Positions 11,660 to 29,079 of a stretch of 64,000 nucleotides of DNA are shown here, piece by piece; position 1 is the stretch's first letter; every line of letters starts with the position of its first letter. A program made the position numbers and the translations under genes. The notes below the pieces were generated by a model, which had not been told where the DNA came from, did not search any database, and saw only the letters and a program-made list of their open reading frames with translations. The stretch is taken from assembly GCF_009914755.1 (NCBI RefSeq), contig NC_060938.1; one strand, 5' to 3'. Origin of the DNA: the human T2T-CHM13v2.0 reference genome, Homo sapiens.

Positions 11660-13085
11660 TAATTTCAATATTTATTTTAGATTCAAGGGGTATATGTGCA
11701 GGATTGTTACCTGGGTATATTGTGTGATGCTGAGGTTTGGGGTGTGAGTGATTCCGTCAATCAAATAGTGAGCATCCAATAGTTATTCAACCCTTTTCTG
11801 CCTCCTTCCTTCCCCTTTAGCAGCCTCCAGTTTCTTTTGTTGCCATATTTATGTCCACGAATACCCAATGTTTAGCTCCTTCTTATAAGTGAAAACATGT
11901 GGGATTTGGTTTTCTAGTCCTGTGATAATTCACTTAGGATAATGGCTTTCAGCTGCATTCATGTCACTGCAGAGGACATGATTTCACTCTTTTTTATGGC
12001 TGCATGGTATTCTGTGATGTACGTGTGCCACCTTTTCTTTATCCAGTCCACCACTGATGGATACCTAGGTTGATTTCATATCCTTGCTATTGTGAATAGT
12101 ACTGCAATGAACATCCAAGTGTATGTAACTTTATGGTAGAATGACTTATTTTATTTTGAATATATACCCAGTAATTGGGTTGCTGGGTTAAATGGCAGTT
12201 CTTCTTTAAATTCTTTGAGAAATCTTCAAACTGTGGCTGAACAAATTTACATTCCTACCAGCAGTGTTTAAGTGTTCCCTTTTTCCCAGCAACCTTACCA
12301 GCACCTGTTATTTTTTGACCTTTTAATAATAGCCATTCTGACTAGTGTGAGATGGTATCTCATTGTGGTTTTGATTTGCATTTCTCTGATGATTAGTGAT
12401 GTTGAATATTTTTCCATATGTTTGTTGGCTAATATGTATGTCTTCTTTTGAGAAGTGTCTGTGCATATCTTTGCCCATTTTTAAAAATGGGGTTATTTGA
12501 CTTTTTCTTGTTCAATTGTTTAAGTTCCTCTCTCATTCTGTAGGTTTTCTTTTACCCTGTTGATAGTTTCTTTTGCTGTTCAAAAGCTTTTTAGTTTAAT
12601 TAGGTCCCACTTACTAAATTTTGCTTTCAAAGACTTAGTCATAAATTATTTCCCAAGGCCAATGTTCAGAAGGGTGTTTCCTAGGTTTTTTTTTTTTTTC
12701 TGGGATTCTTATAGTTTGAGGTCTTACATTTAAATCTTTAATCCATCTTGAGTTAATTTTTGTATCTGGTGAAAGACAAGTGTCTAATTTCATTTTTCTG
12801 CATATGGTTAATGACCTATCTCTGCACCATTTATGGAATAGGGTGTCCTTTCTGCATCTTTGTGAAAGATCAGATGGTTGTGAGTGTGTGACTTTATTTC
12901 TGGGCTTTCTAGTTTGTTTTATTGGTCTATGTGTCTGCTGTTTTTTGTTTTTTTTTGTTTTTTTAACCAGCACATGCTGTTTTGATTACTGTAGCCTTAT
13001 AGTATAGTTTAAATTTGGACAATGTGATGCCTCTGGCTTTGTTCTTTTTGCTTAGGATCTCTTTGGTTATTTAGGCTCTTTTTTT
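11660..13085 (-). mobile_element. L1PA15/16-like LINE-1 3' fragment
   Basis: TTTTAGATTCAAGGGGTATATGTGCAGG..GGGTATATTGTGTGATGCTGAGGTTTGGGG 3' end; ORF 12635..12973(-) [14 protein letters not shown]. Confidence 0.85.
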
Positions 13086-14869
13086 GTTAACTTCTTTCTT
13101 TATTAGACTTTCTTAAATAGAGAAATGAGCAGCTATGTGAATATTCAGGTGTATGCTAGTGACTGATGATGTGTATCATTGGCTTGGGCTTTAATCATTT
13201 CTCCTTCCTGATAATTCTAAGTACTTTAGTTACTTTTTCTCATAGGTGCTGGAGAGGTATGTTATGACTAGAGAAAATAGTGTAGGAATCGGAGTCGGTG
13301 GTCCTTAGTTTAAGTCCTATTTAGCAATCTGCAAATGTAATGAGCCGTTGCTGCTGTTGTTTTTGTTATTGTTAATAATATCTAAATGAATGATCTTGAG
13401 AGACTTACATCTCTAAATTTTAATTCCTTATTTTTAAAATTTAAAAATTCCTGCTCTTGGATTTACTGTAAGAATCCATGGAAAAATGTTAATGAAATGC
13501 ATAGAAAAGTTAAAAGCACTATATAAGTTATTCTATTATTATCACTTTAATATTACTAAAAGTAACAAATATGCTACTGAAACTCTTTTTAAGAATAAAT
13601 CATTGGTTTTATGATGCTTTTTCCAAGAAGGATTTGTGGTGGCTTCAAACAGCCAAATAAAATAAAAATAGAGAAATATCAGTACCAAGGAAAAAAGAAG
13701 AATATAAAAGTTGGCAGAGTGTAACTTTGTTCATAGAACAGTAAATAGAGACACATGTAGGCATTACTTCCATTATACTCTTCAAATCTTTTTTCAAATG
13801 GCTGCCACTCCTGAGGAGAGACGTCTGTTCTATAGTACTGTTTAAACTTGTTTTTTAGATGCTTAAATGAGGGATACTTTATTGTAATTGGGGTGAACTC
13901 TACTGTACACCCAGGCTGAGGAGTCTCTTGGCTTTCGTTTGTCTTTTATTACTTTTTTGTCTCTAGTTGGAAGGATAGTGCTGCATGACATTTTAATGAA
14001 CATATAACCAAAGTCAGATTTTTAAAAGTCTTCAAGTAATCAGAAAAATACATGAGAAATATCTGTTAAAAAATCTGCTAGGGGATACACAGTGAGAAGC
14101 ATATAAAAACAACCTTGTGAATATGTACATTAATTACAGGTTAGTAAAACGTAACCAGGGTTGGGGGTGGTTCACACTGAGATCACTTCTTCAAAAAGGA
14201 CATTTTTCATTGCAGTGAGGGCTGATTAAAAATGGATGAAACAATAATACATTGTCTTTAACACAAGATAATTAGGCTGAATCTCTAGGATATATACACA
14301 CAGCTCATCGATGCTCAGCTTTCATTCTCCTGGCTAAAAGAAATGAAAATAGACAGTGTGAAGTTTAGACAGAGTAAAGATAATAATTGGAGTTTGAAAT
14401 GAGGTAGAGTTGACAGTGAGAGCTATTTTGAACATGAAGTGAGTTGACTGAGTACTAGGTGAAGAGATAAGAGGGGGAAGGAAGGAAAAATTAGAGGAAG
14501 GGCCCATGATTAAGGGTGGATTAGATGAAGAAAGAGGTTCCATGTCTTTACTTGGGATGGGGACAGACATATAGGACCTTTTACTCTACTTACCTCCTGG
14601 TTTTGACAGTCTGTGGTTAAATATTTGGGGCGTGGGCTTTTGGGTTATGTATTATGATATGGAAGTGGAGAATCTCCCGTGAGCCTTATAGTGGGGCCAG
14701 CAATCATCCTGATAATTAATGAGATCAGATGATGGATTTGGATACTATCTGCAGGCTTTTAACGCTGACAGAAGAGAGGGGAAAAGCTAGATACTGGAAG
14801 AAGATGGGAAGAAAGAAAAGCATAAGAGTAGGAGGAGAGAGTGCATCACCTGATATGGTTCTGTGCTGT

Positions 14870-14998
14870 AGGGAGGGACTCTCAAACTCTGAGCAAGTGG
14901 TTCAGAAGGTCTGTGGGGGCCTGAGAATTTGCATTTCTAACAAGTTCTCAGATGATGTTGATGCAGCTGGCTTGGGGACTACACTTTGAGATCCAGTA
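14870..14998. mobile_element. MER5A-like DNA transposon fragment
   Basis: GGGGCCTGAGAATTTGCATTTCTAACAAGTTCTCAGATGATGTTGATGC..ACACTTTGAGA. Confidence 0.75.
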
Positions 14999-16852
14999 TA
15001 AGAGTTTATGGGAAGAGACTAGGAAAGATGTTTACCACTTTCTGATATCGACTAATTTTTTTTCAGTTTGTCGACCAAATTAAAAGTGATTTTTAGATCA
15101 TTATTAAAGGCTTTAAACTACAAGTTGAGAGCCTTGAAAACAAACAGGAAGGATTTGACATCATTACACATGCACACTGAGAGCCTGAGCAATAAGGGTG
15201 AATGACTGGGCTGCTCTACTGTCAGGCTGTGCATAGTATTAAGTGAGATTGTGGATGGCCATAGTGCAAGTGACTTCTAACATTGTCCTAATAGAATGGT
15301 GTATGTGGGGAAGAAAAAAGCATATTCTTTTGTAAAAAGCCTCAGTCTCCTGCCAAAATTTTAAGCACCATCTTCTCCTCTTTCTGGTATAGCAATAGAA
15401 TTTTTTATGAATACTTTCAGCTTTCAACAAGAAATAGAAATTCTTACTAACAGCAGATTAATAAAAAGACGTTTATTTTCAGCTCATAATAAGAAATCTA
15501 TAAGTAGGTGGCTGCTGGGGTTGGTTCAGGGGTTTAGTGAAGTCAGAATTGCTTTCTTTACAATTCTCTTGACCTTTTCCTATGGTTAATACCCATGTTG
15601 TTTATGGCCTAGCATATGGGCTCTCCTGGAAAATGTTCCATGTGCACTAGAGAAGAATATTCTGCTTTTATTGAGTGAGTGTTCTATAGATGTCTGTTAG
15701 TTCTATATGTCTCTAGCTGGCAGCTAGGTAGAGAAGAATTTTGGTCTCAGCTGCACATGCCTGCAGTAGAGCTTCCATCATATTGATCTGGGGCCTGGGG
15801 GAAGTGATGGTATGTGAGCAAATTCATGGCTCAATTGCCCCAGGCTCTTGATGTCCTTAGTGAGATTTAGTAGATTTTCTGGACTAAATGATTTCCATTT
15901 GCTGTATGCCTTAAGACAATTTCTGGAGATTTTTTTTTATATCATTTTCAGCAGTTGAATGGTTGACTGGCAAGAGGGTCCACACTTCTCACATCATCAC
16001 TCTGGGCATTGATTTCTCTTATGTATATTTTTAATTATACGAGTATCTTTCTGTTCTTTTACACTGATTAAGTAAATTAGAGCCAGATCAGTGAAATCAT
16101 AGATAGTAGGTTAATTATCTTAAGGTTCGTGAGAAAAGCCAATTTCCCAAGATAAACATTGTTTAAAGAAAGAGTCAGTAAGTTCTTTTAACAAATATAG
16201 TTTCTGATAATAAACATTTATAGTCTCATGTTTATAAATTAATGACTCCTATAGTTGTTAAACATTTGATTTTTTTTCCTTGGGTAAACAGATTTAGGAA
16301 AAAATCAACTACGATTATAAGATCTTAAAAAAACAACTTTCACTGAACTTTTGAGGCAACTAATATGCAAATACCACTAACATTCCCCTTATTTTTCATT
16401 TCAACAAAGATAATTTGTAATCATCTGCTTTACATTCTCAAAAACCCTATTTCAACAGCTCTTTACTTAAAATTTCCACTAGTTGCTACTGAAACATATG
16501 ACCTCTGAGTTTAATCAAGGCTGAGTAAAATATTTTGAGTTCAATAATTTATTTTTGAGCTGGTTTTGGAGAAAGTGAATGACATAAATGGAAGTAATAT
16601 ATTTGAATATAATTCTTGGGGAAATTTTATATTCAAAAACCAGTTTCATTAAGTGTAGTGACACAATGAATCTTCTACATACCCCTACTGCATGAGATTT
16701 TCCAAAGAGAATTTTGTCGCAATCAACAGACTTGCAGCCAATATCCAAGCAGTGCTTGGATCAACTGGGATATTACAGTAACTAGTCCTGTAATGCTGTA
16801 ACGTTATTTAATATGTTAAATAACCCTGTATGCTGATGTGGGCTAGAATGAT

Positions 16853-16892
16853 GACTATGACCAGGGGAAGAGACTATGACCAGGGGAAGAGA
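16853..16892. repeat. Exact 19-bp tandem duplication
   Basis: GACTATGACCAGGGGAAGA x2. Confidence 0.95.
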
Positions 16893-17552
16893 TGAATGTA
16901 ATTAACTTTTATTGTTTGGAGATAGCTTACAGGTGTTGCCAGATAATATACTGCAGAACACTGAGTTTATACCCTTTACTCCACAGGTACTCCACAGGTT
17001 GGTATTTGTCCTCTAACTTCTCCTGCCCCCATGAGATTTGTTCCATTCACTGAACAGGCCAAACATGGGAGAACTAGATTGTAGAGTTTATAGGCAACTC
17101 CTTGGTCACCTCAGAAACAGAAGGTGAGGTGAGACTAAAGTTTACAGATAGCACAGCTGTGCTACACTCATAATTCCTCATGAATGGGATTTCTGATGAA
17201 GTAAAATTGGGGTTTCAAAGCAATATGGTAGTCCTTGGGTTAAGGTTCGGCAATTCCATTTCATTCTTGATAGTTCAGCCTATGCAATTATCCTAATAAA
17301 TAATAAAACTGTTGACTCCTGTACATAAAAGAGTGGAGAAACATTAAATGATGGCTACTTTTCAGTCTGCATTCTTTTGCAGCTTTCACGTCTAAGCAGT
17401 GTATTCAGAGTTGTGAAAGAAGCTGGCTTTTGTACATTTAATAATGTCATTTGTCTAAATATCTGATACCTATTAATAGAAACACGTATTGAAGGCTAGT
17501 CACTTTTCCTGAGAAAAATGCCACACTCTGTCCCTTGGTGACCTCAATCCAT

Positions 17553-20120
17553 TTTTTTTAGCTTATTTTTTATGGGTACATAATAGGGGTATACACATCC
17601 ACCATGGGGGCACGAGATGTTTTAATACAGGAATGCAATGCATAACAATCACAGCATGGGAAATGGGATATCCAGCCCCTCAAGTATTTATCCTTTGTAT
17701 TACAAACAATCCAATTATACTCTTTTAGTTATTTTAAAGTGTACAATTAAATTATGATTGACTATAGTCACTCTGTTGTGCTACCAAATACTACGTCTTA
17801 TTTATTCCCTTTGCTATTTTTTTTTTGTAGCCATTAAGCATCCCACTTCCCCTTCACCTCCCCCTAACCTCCCCACTACCTTTTGCAGTCTCTGGTATCT
17901 GTCCTTCTACTCTCTATCTCCAGGAGTTCAATTGTTTTAATTTTTAGATCCCACAAATAAGTGAGAAACATGCAATGTTTGTCTTTCTGTGCCTGACTTG
18001 TTTCGCTTAACATGATAACCTCCAGTTCCACCCATGCTGTTGCAAATGACAGGATCTCATTCTTTTTTATGGCTGAAGAGTACTCCATTTTGTATATGTA
18101 ACACAGTTTCTTTTTCCATTCCTCTGTTGATGGACACTTAGGTTGCTTCCAAATCTTAGCTATTGTGAAGAGTGCTGTAACAAGCACGGGAGTGCAGATA
18201 TCGCTTTGATATACTGATTTCCATTATTTTGGGTATCAGCAGTGGGATTGCTGGAACATATGATAGCTGTATTTCTAGATTTTTGCGTAACTTGCTCACT
18301 ATTCTCCATAGTGGTTGTACCAATTTACATTCCCACCAACAGTGTACAAGGGTTCCCTTTTCATTCCTTGCCAGCATTTGTTATTGCCTATCTTTTGGAT
18401 ATAAATCATTTTAACTGGGGTGAGATGATATCTCATTATAGTTTTGATTTGCATTTCTCTGATGATCAATGATGTTAAGCTCCTTTCATCTGCCTGTTTG
18501 CCATTTGCATGTCTTTTTCTTTTTGAGGCAGCCTCTTGCTCTGTTGCCCAGGCTGGAGTGCTTGCTTGCTTGACTTGCTGCAGCCTTGACCTCCTGGCCT
18601 CAAGCAATCCTCCCACCTCAGCCCTACAAGTAGCTGGGACTACAGGCACGTGCCACCACACCCAGCTAATTTTTTGTGTGTTTATTTGTAGAGGCAGTGT
18701 TTCACCACGTTGCCCAGGCTGGTCTCAAACCGCGGCTCAAGTGAGCCACTCGCTATGGCTCCCAAAGTGCTGGGATTACAGGCATGAGCCATGGCACCCA
18801 GTCCTGTATGTCTTCTTTTGAGAAGTGTTTATTCAAATCTTTTGCCCATTTTACATTGGATTAATAGATTTTTCTCCTATAGAGTTGTTTGAGCTCCTTA
18901 TACATTCTGGTTATTAATCCCTTGTCAGATGAGTAGTTTGCAAATATTTTCTCTCATTCTGTGGATTGTCTCTTCACTGTTGATTGTTTCTCTTGCTGGG
19001 CAGAAGATTTTTAACTTGATAGGATTCCATTTGTCCATTTTTGCTTTGGTTGCCTGTGCTTGTGGGGTATAACTCAAGAAAATTTTGCCCAGACCTGGAG
19101 AGTTTCCTCGAAATATTTTTGTAGTAGTTAAATAGTTTGAGGTCTCAGATTTAAGTGTTTAATCTGTTTTAATTTTAGTTTTGTATATGATGAGAGGTAG
19201 GGGTCTAGTTTCATTCTTCTGCATATGGATATTCAGTTTTCCCAGCACTGCATATTGAAAAGACTATCTTTTGTGTAGTGTATGCTCATGGCACTGTTGT
19301 CAAAAATGAGTTTACTGTAGGTAAGTAGATTCGTTTATGGGTTCTCTATTCTGTTCCATTGGTCCATACACCTGCTTTTATGCCAGAACCATGGTGTTTT
19401 GGTTACTATAGCTCTATAGTTTAAAGTCAGGTAATGTGATTCCTCCCATTTTGTCCTTTTTGCTTAGGATTTCTTTAGCTATTCTGGGTTCTTTTGTGGT
19501 TCCATTTACATTTTAGGATAGTTTTTTCTATCTATGTGAAGAACGCCATTGCTATTTTGATAGGGATTGCATTGAATCTGTAAATTGCTTTGGGTAGTAT
19601 GAGCATTTTAACAATATTGATCCTTACAGTTCATGAACATGAAGTATCTTTCCATTTTTTTGGCGTCCTCTTCAATTTCTTTCAGCAGTGTTTTATAGTT
19701 TTCATTATAGAGACCTTTTTCTTCTTTGGTTAAGTATTTAATTTTATTTGTGGCTATTGTAAATGGGATTACATTTTTCTTTCCTTTTCAGATTATTCAC
19801 TGTTAGCATATAGAAATGCTACTGATTTTCGTATGTGGATTTTATATCCTGCAACTTTACTGAATTTATTTATCAGTTCTAACAGTTTTTTGCTGAAGGC
19901 TTTAGGTTTTTGCAAATATAAGATCATACCCTCTGCAAACAAGGCTTATTTGAGTTCTTCCTTTCCAATTTGGATGCTCTTTATTATTATTATTTTTTGT
20001 CTTGTCTAATTGCCTTAGCTAGACGTTCAGTACTAGGTTCAATAACAGTGGTAACAATAGGCATTCTTGTCATGTTTCAGATCTTAGAGAAAAGGCATTC
20101 AGTTTTTCCCTATTCAGCAG
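17553..20120 (-). mobile_element. L1MA1-3-like LINE-1 3' ~2.3 kb
   Basis: TTACAAACAATCCAATTATACTCTTTTAGTTATTTTAAA 3'UTR; ORF 17876..18187(-) ALFTIAKIWKQPKCPS. Confidence 0.85.
18514..18803 (-). mobile_element. AluJ inserted in the L1MA element
   Basis: CTCAAGCAATCCTCCCACCTCAGCC..CCCAAAGTGCTGGGATTACAGGCATGAGCC; flanks TGCATGTCTT / TGTATGTCTT. Confidence 0.85.
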
Positions 20121-20599
20121 GGATTTGACATGATGAGATGTGCAAAAAGGATTTTAGAGAGAGGGAATAATAGTAACAAAAATGAGGAATGAAGAAAATG
20201 TGAAGCTGGAGGGTAAAGTGGCCTGTTTTGCTTAGCTAAAGTGGGTTGAATTCAGAATGCTAAGGGATTAGTATTTAATTATGGGGAGTAATTGGAGGAT
20301 TTGAGGGAGAGAATATGATGAATACTGTGGGCTTTGTACAGCTTTTGTTTCTTAGGCCATAGCCTTACTATTTCTCTTTCAGAGCTTTGAGCTTTGATTC
20401 CTTTTAACTTCAAATTTCTTTCTGATTCCTCATTGCCTATATTGACTTGGGAAAATTTTGGAAAACTGGAAAATGTTCTGAAAGTTGGGTTCTAGTAGTC
20501 CTGAATGTGTGGGCTGTCACATCCAGATGTCCTGATTTTTCTGAATTACCTTAGTCAACTTGGTTTGTTGGCCCAATGCAAGCCACTGTACTGTATTGC

Positions 20600-20601
<2 letters not shown>

Positions 20602-20639
<38 letters not shown>

Positions 20640-20658
20640 CTCTCTCTCTCTCTCTCTC
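20602..20658. repeat. Compound (CA)n(CT)n microsatellite
   Basis: Read directly. Confidence 0.95.
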
Positions 20659-22382
20659 AAATATATTCTTTGATTTTCCCTGTTTTTAATTTTATTTAAA
20701 TAGAATCACAGTTCTTATACTCTCCCGTGATTTGAATCTTTTACTCAACATTATATATCTGAGATTTCCTCATTATTTGGTGGTTGCTGTGTTTATTTTC
20801 ATTTGTTTTTGTTGCTTTACAATTTTCCTTTGTAGAAATATACCATAGTTTATACTTTCTGTAGTTTGCACTTTTGGGTTTTGAAAAATGCAAAAAAAAA
20901 AAAAACATTCATGAACAAACCTTTCTTCTGATACAGATGTACAGGAAGTTTCTCTAAGGTCTATTTCCAGGAGTGTAATTGTTAGTTCAAAGGAATGCAC
21001 ATACCAAACTCTTTTTTTCTGAGCAGTTGCAAGTGGATGAGCATTCCTGTTGCTTCATGGCCTATTGTTCAGTTTATAAATTTCTGCCAAGCTGGCAGAT
21101 GAGACGTTATATCTTGCTATGGCTATAGCTTGCTTTTCATTGATTACTAATGACTTTGAGCATCTTTTCTTTTTTGTAGTGAGCAATCAGTGAGAAACAT
21201 GGTGACACATTTTTTTCATTATTATGGTGCTGGAATTTTCTATTTTCTTGTCGTTCTATCAATTTTGCTTTATATGTTTTGAGACCATTTTATTCAATAC
21301 ATATAAATATAAGATTGTTGTAAATCCTGGTGATTTAAAACTATCGTTACTGGCGGGGGTGGTTCCAAGATGGCCGAATAGGAACAGCTCCAGTCTACAG
21401 CTCCCAGCGTGAGCCATGCAGAAGACAGGTGATTTCTGCATTTCCAACTGAGGTACCTGGTTCATCTCCCTGAGGCTTGTTGGACAGTGGGTGTAGGACA
21501 GTATGTGCAGTGCACTGAGCGTGAGCCAAAGCAGGGCGAAGCATCACCTCACCTGGGAAGCGCAAGGGGTCAGGGAATTCCCTTTCATAGCCAAGCAAAG
21601 CTGTGACAGACGGCACCTGGAAAATCAGGTCACTCCCACCCTAATACTGCACTTTTCCAATGGTCTTAGCAAAAGGCACATGAGGAAATTATATCCCGCG
21701 CCTGGCTCAGAGGGTCCTATGCCCACAGAGACTCACTCATTACTAGCACAGCAGTCTGAGATCGAACTGCAAGGTGGCAGCGAGGCTGGGGGAGGGGCGC
21801 CCACCATTGCTCAGGCTTGAGTAGGTAAACAAAGCAGCCGGGAAGCTTGAACTGGGTGGAGCCCACTGCAGCTCAAGGAGGCCTGCCTGCCTCTGTAGAC
21901 TCCACCTCTAGGGGCAGGGCATAGCCGAACAAAAGGCAGCAGAAACCTCTGCAAACTTAAATGTCCCTGTCTGACAGCTTTGAAGACAGTAGTGGTTCTC
22001 CCAGCATGGAGTTTGAGATCTGAGAATGGACAGACTGCCTCCCCGAGTGGGTCCCTGACCACTGAGTAGCTTAACTGGGAAGCACCTCCCAGTAGGGGTA
22101 GAATGACACCTCACACAGCCGGGTACCCCTCTGAGATGAAACCTCCAGAGGAATGATCAGACAGCAACATTTGCTATTCAGCAATATTCACTGTTCTGCA
22201 GCCTCCACTGCTGATACCCAGGCAAACAGGGTCTGGAGTGGACCTCCAACATACTCCAACAGACCTGCAGCTGAGGGTCCTGACTGTTAAAAGGAAAACT
22301 AACAAACAGAAAGGACATCCAAACCAAAACCCCATCTGTACGTCACCATCATCAAAGACCAAAGGTAGATAAAACCACAAAG

Positions 22383-23378
22383 ATGGGGAAAAAAACAGAA
22401 CAGAAAATTCTAAAAATCAGAGCGCCTCTCCTCCTCCAAAGGAATGCAGCTCCTTACCAGCAATGGAACAAAGCTGGACAGAGAATGACTTTGACAAGTT
22501 GAGATAAGAAGGCTTCAGACAATCAAACTTCTCCGAGCTAAAGGAGGAAGTTCAAACCCATTGCAAAGAAGTTAAAAACCTTGAAAAAAGATTAGGTGAA
22601 TGGCTAACTAGAATAACCAATGTAGAGAAGTCCTTAAAGGACCTGATGGAGCTGAAAACCGTGGCATGAGAACTACATGATGAATGCACAAGCTTCAGTA
22701 GCCGATGCGATCAACTGGAAGAAAGGGTATCAGTGATTGAAGATCAAATGAATGAAATGAAGTGAGAAGAGAGGTTTAGAGAAAAAAGAATAAAAAGGAA
22801 TAAACAAAACCTCCAAGAAATATGGGACTATGTGAACAGACAAAATCTACGTCTGATTGGCGTACCTGAAAGTGACGGGGAGAATGGAACCAAGTTGGAA
22901 AACACTCTGCAGGATATTAACCAGGAGAACTTCCCCAGCATAGCAAGGCAGGCCAACATTCAAATTCAGGAAATACAGAGAACGCCGCAAAGATACTCCT
23001 CGAGAAGAGCAACTCCAAGACACATAATTGTCAGATTCACCAAAGTTGAAATGAAGGAAAAAATGTTAAGGGCAGCCACAGAGAAAGGTCAGGTTACCCA
23101 CAAAGGGAAGCCCATCAGACTAACTGCTGATCTTTTGGCAGAAACTCTGCAAGCTAGAAGAGAGTGGGGGCCAATATTCAACATTCTTAAAGGAAATAAT
23201 TTTCAACCCAGAGTTTCATATCCAGCCAAACTAAGCTTCATAAGTGAAGGAGAAATAAAATACTTTACAAACAAGCAAATGCTGAGAGATTTTGTAACTA
23301 AAAAAGCCCCTGAAGGAAACACTAAACATGGAAAGGAACAACTGGTACCAGCCACTGCAAAAACATGCCAAATTGTAA
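22383..23378 (+). pseudogene. L1 ORF1p remnant (stops and frameshifts)
   Basis: ORF 22832..23434 NLRLIGVPESDGENGTKLENTLQDI..RRATPRHIIVRF. Confidence 0.9.
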
Positions 23379-23441
23379 AGACCATCAATGTTAGGAAGGA
23401 ACTGCATCAACTAACGAGCAAAATAACCAGCTAACATCATA

Positions 23442-27263
<3,822 letters not shown>

Positions 27264-27946
27264 ACAATGAGAACACTTGGACACAGGAAGGGGAACATCA
27301 CACACCAGGGCCTGTTGTGGGGTGGGGGGAGGGGGGAGGGATAGCATTAGGAGATATACCTAATGTAAATGACGAGTTAATGGGTGCAGCACACCAATAT
27401 GGCACATATATATATATGTAACAAACCTGCACGTTGTGCACATGTACCCTAGAACTTAAAGTATAATAAAAAATATATATATATATAAACTTTTGTTAGT
27501 ATCTTTATCTCACCAGTTTTTTTTTGTTAGTATTTATCTTTTTTCTACCTTTTAACTTTGAAATGTTCTGTTTCCTCGTAGTTTATATATATGTGTATAT
27601 AAATATATATTATGTATGTGTATACACAATGCACATATAATTCTTTTATACCCATTTTTGTAATTTTTGTCTGTGCTGCATTTAGTCTGTTGACATTTAA
27701 TATAATAATATATTTGGATTTAAATCTACCATCTTATTTGTACTATCATTCACTTTATTCTACATTTTTATGTAAGTTTTTAAATTTTAGTGTATTATTC
27801 ATATTTAGCTTACATATGCATTTATAAATTTGTACATTTTTCTCCAAAATATGTTTCCTGGGCTTTGTATTCTTTTATTCCCTTTTGTAGATTGATTTTT
27901 TTTAACCAACTCAGTTTCTCTTTCTACTAGTTTAGAATTTATATAA

Positions 27947-28260
<314 letters not shown>

Positions 28261-28498
28261 TGTTTCTGTTATTTTATTATATCCGCATAAATTAAAACAT
28301 AAATTCCTAACTTATAAAATCCTATTATTAATCAAAACCTTCACTTTCCTCCAGGAAAACATAAGGTCCCTAAAACATTATAACTTAATGTACCTCCATC
28401 TCAATTATATTTTTCTTTGGGTATACTTAAATTCTATATAGAAATTGTATAAGGCTTATTTCTGTAGTATACATTCTTTAGAATTTCTTTTAGTGCAG

Positions 28499-29074
28499 TG
28501 TGGTGGTGATTTTTTTATGTTAACTCGATTGGGCTAAGGGATGCCCAGATAACTGGTAAAACTTTATTTCTGGGTGTGTCTGTGAGGGTATTTCCAGAAG
28601 AGATTAGCATTTGCTGCAGTAGACTGAGTAAAACTCTGCACTCATCAATGTAGAGGAGCATCATTCAATCTATTGAGGACCTGAATAGAACATAAAGGAG
28701 GAAAGAAAGTGTGAATTAGGTCTCTCTGTTTGAGTTGGGACATCCATCTTCTCCTCTCAGACATTGAAGATCCTGGTTCTTGAGCCTTTGGACTTGGGGA
28801 CTTACACTAGCTTCTCCTCCCCACATCCCCCTTCTTTCCCTCGTTCTCAGGCCTTTGGACTCAGACTGAATTACACCCCTGGCTTTCCTGGTTTTCCAGC
28901 TTGGAGACAGCAGATTGTGAGACTTCTTATCCCTCATTAAGTGTATGAGCCAATATCCATAATCAATCTCATTCTCTCTCTTTTTATCTCTCTCTCCGTG
29001 ACTCTCTCTCTCTGTGTCTGTGTGTGTACAGACATCCTATTGGTTCTATTCTCTGGAGAACTCTGATTAATACA
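28499..29074 (+). mobile_element. MLT2-type ERVL solo LTR
   Basis: TG..GGGCTAAGGGATGCCCAGATA..TTATTTCTGGGTGTGTCTGTGAGGG..CTCTGGAGAACTCTGATTAATACA; 5-bp TSD TGCAG / TTCAG. Confidence 0.85.
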
Positions 29075-29079
29075 TTCAG

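Noticed and set aside
27319-27340. G-quadruplex-like tract in the L1 3'UTRs (also ~43637 and ~58605)
   Set aside because: Standard feature of L1PA 3'UTRs
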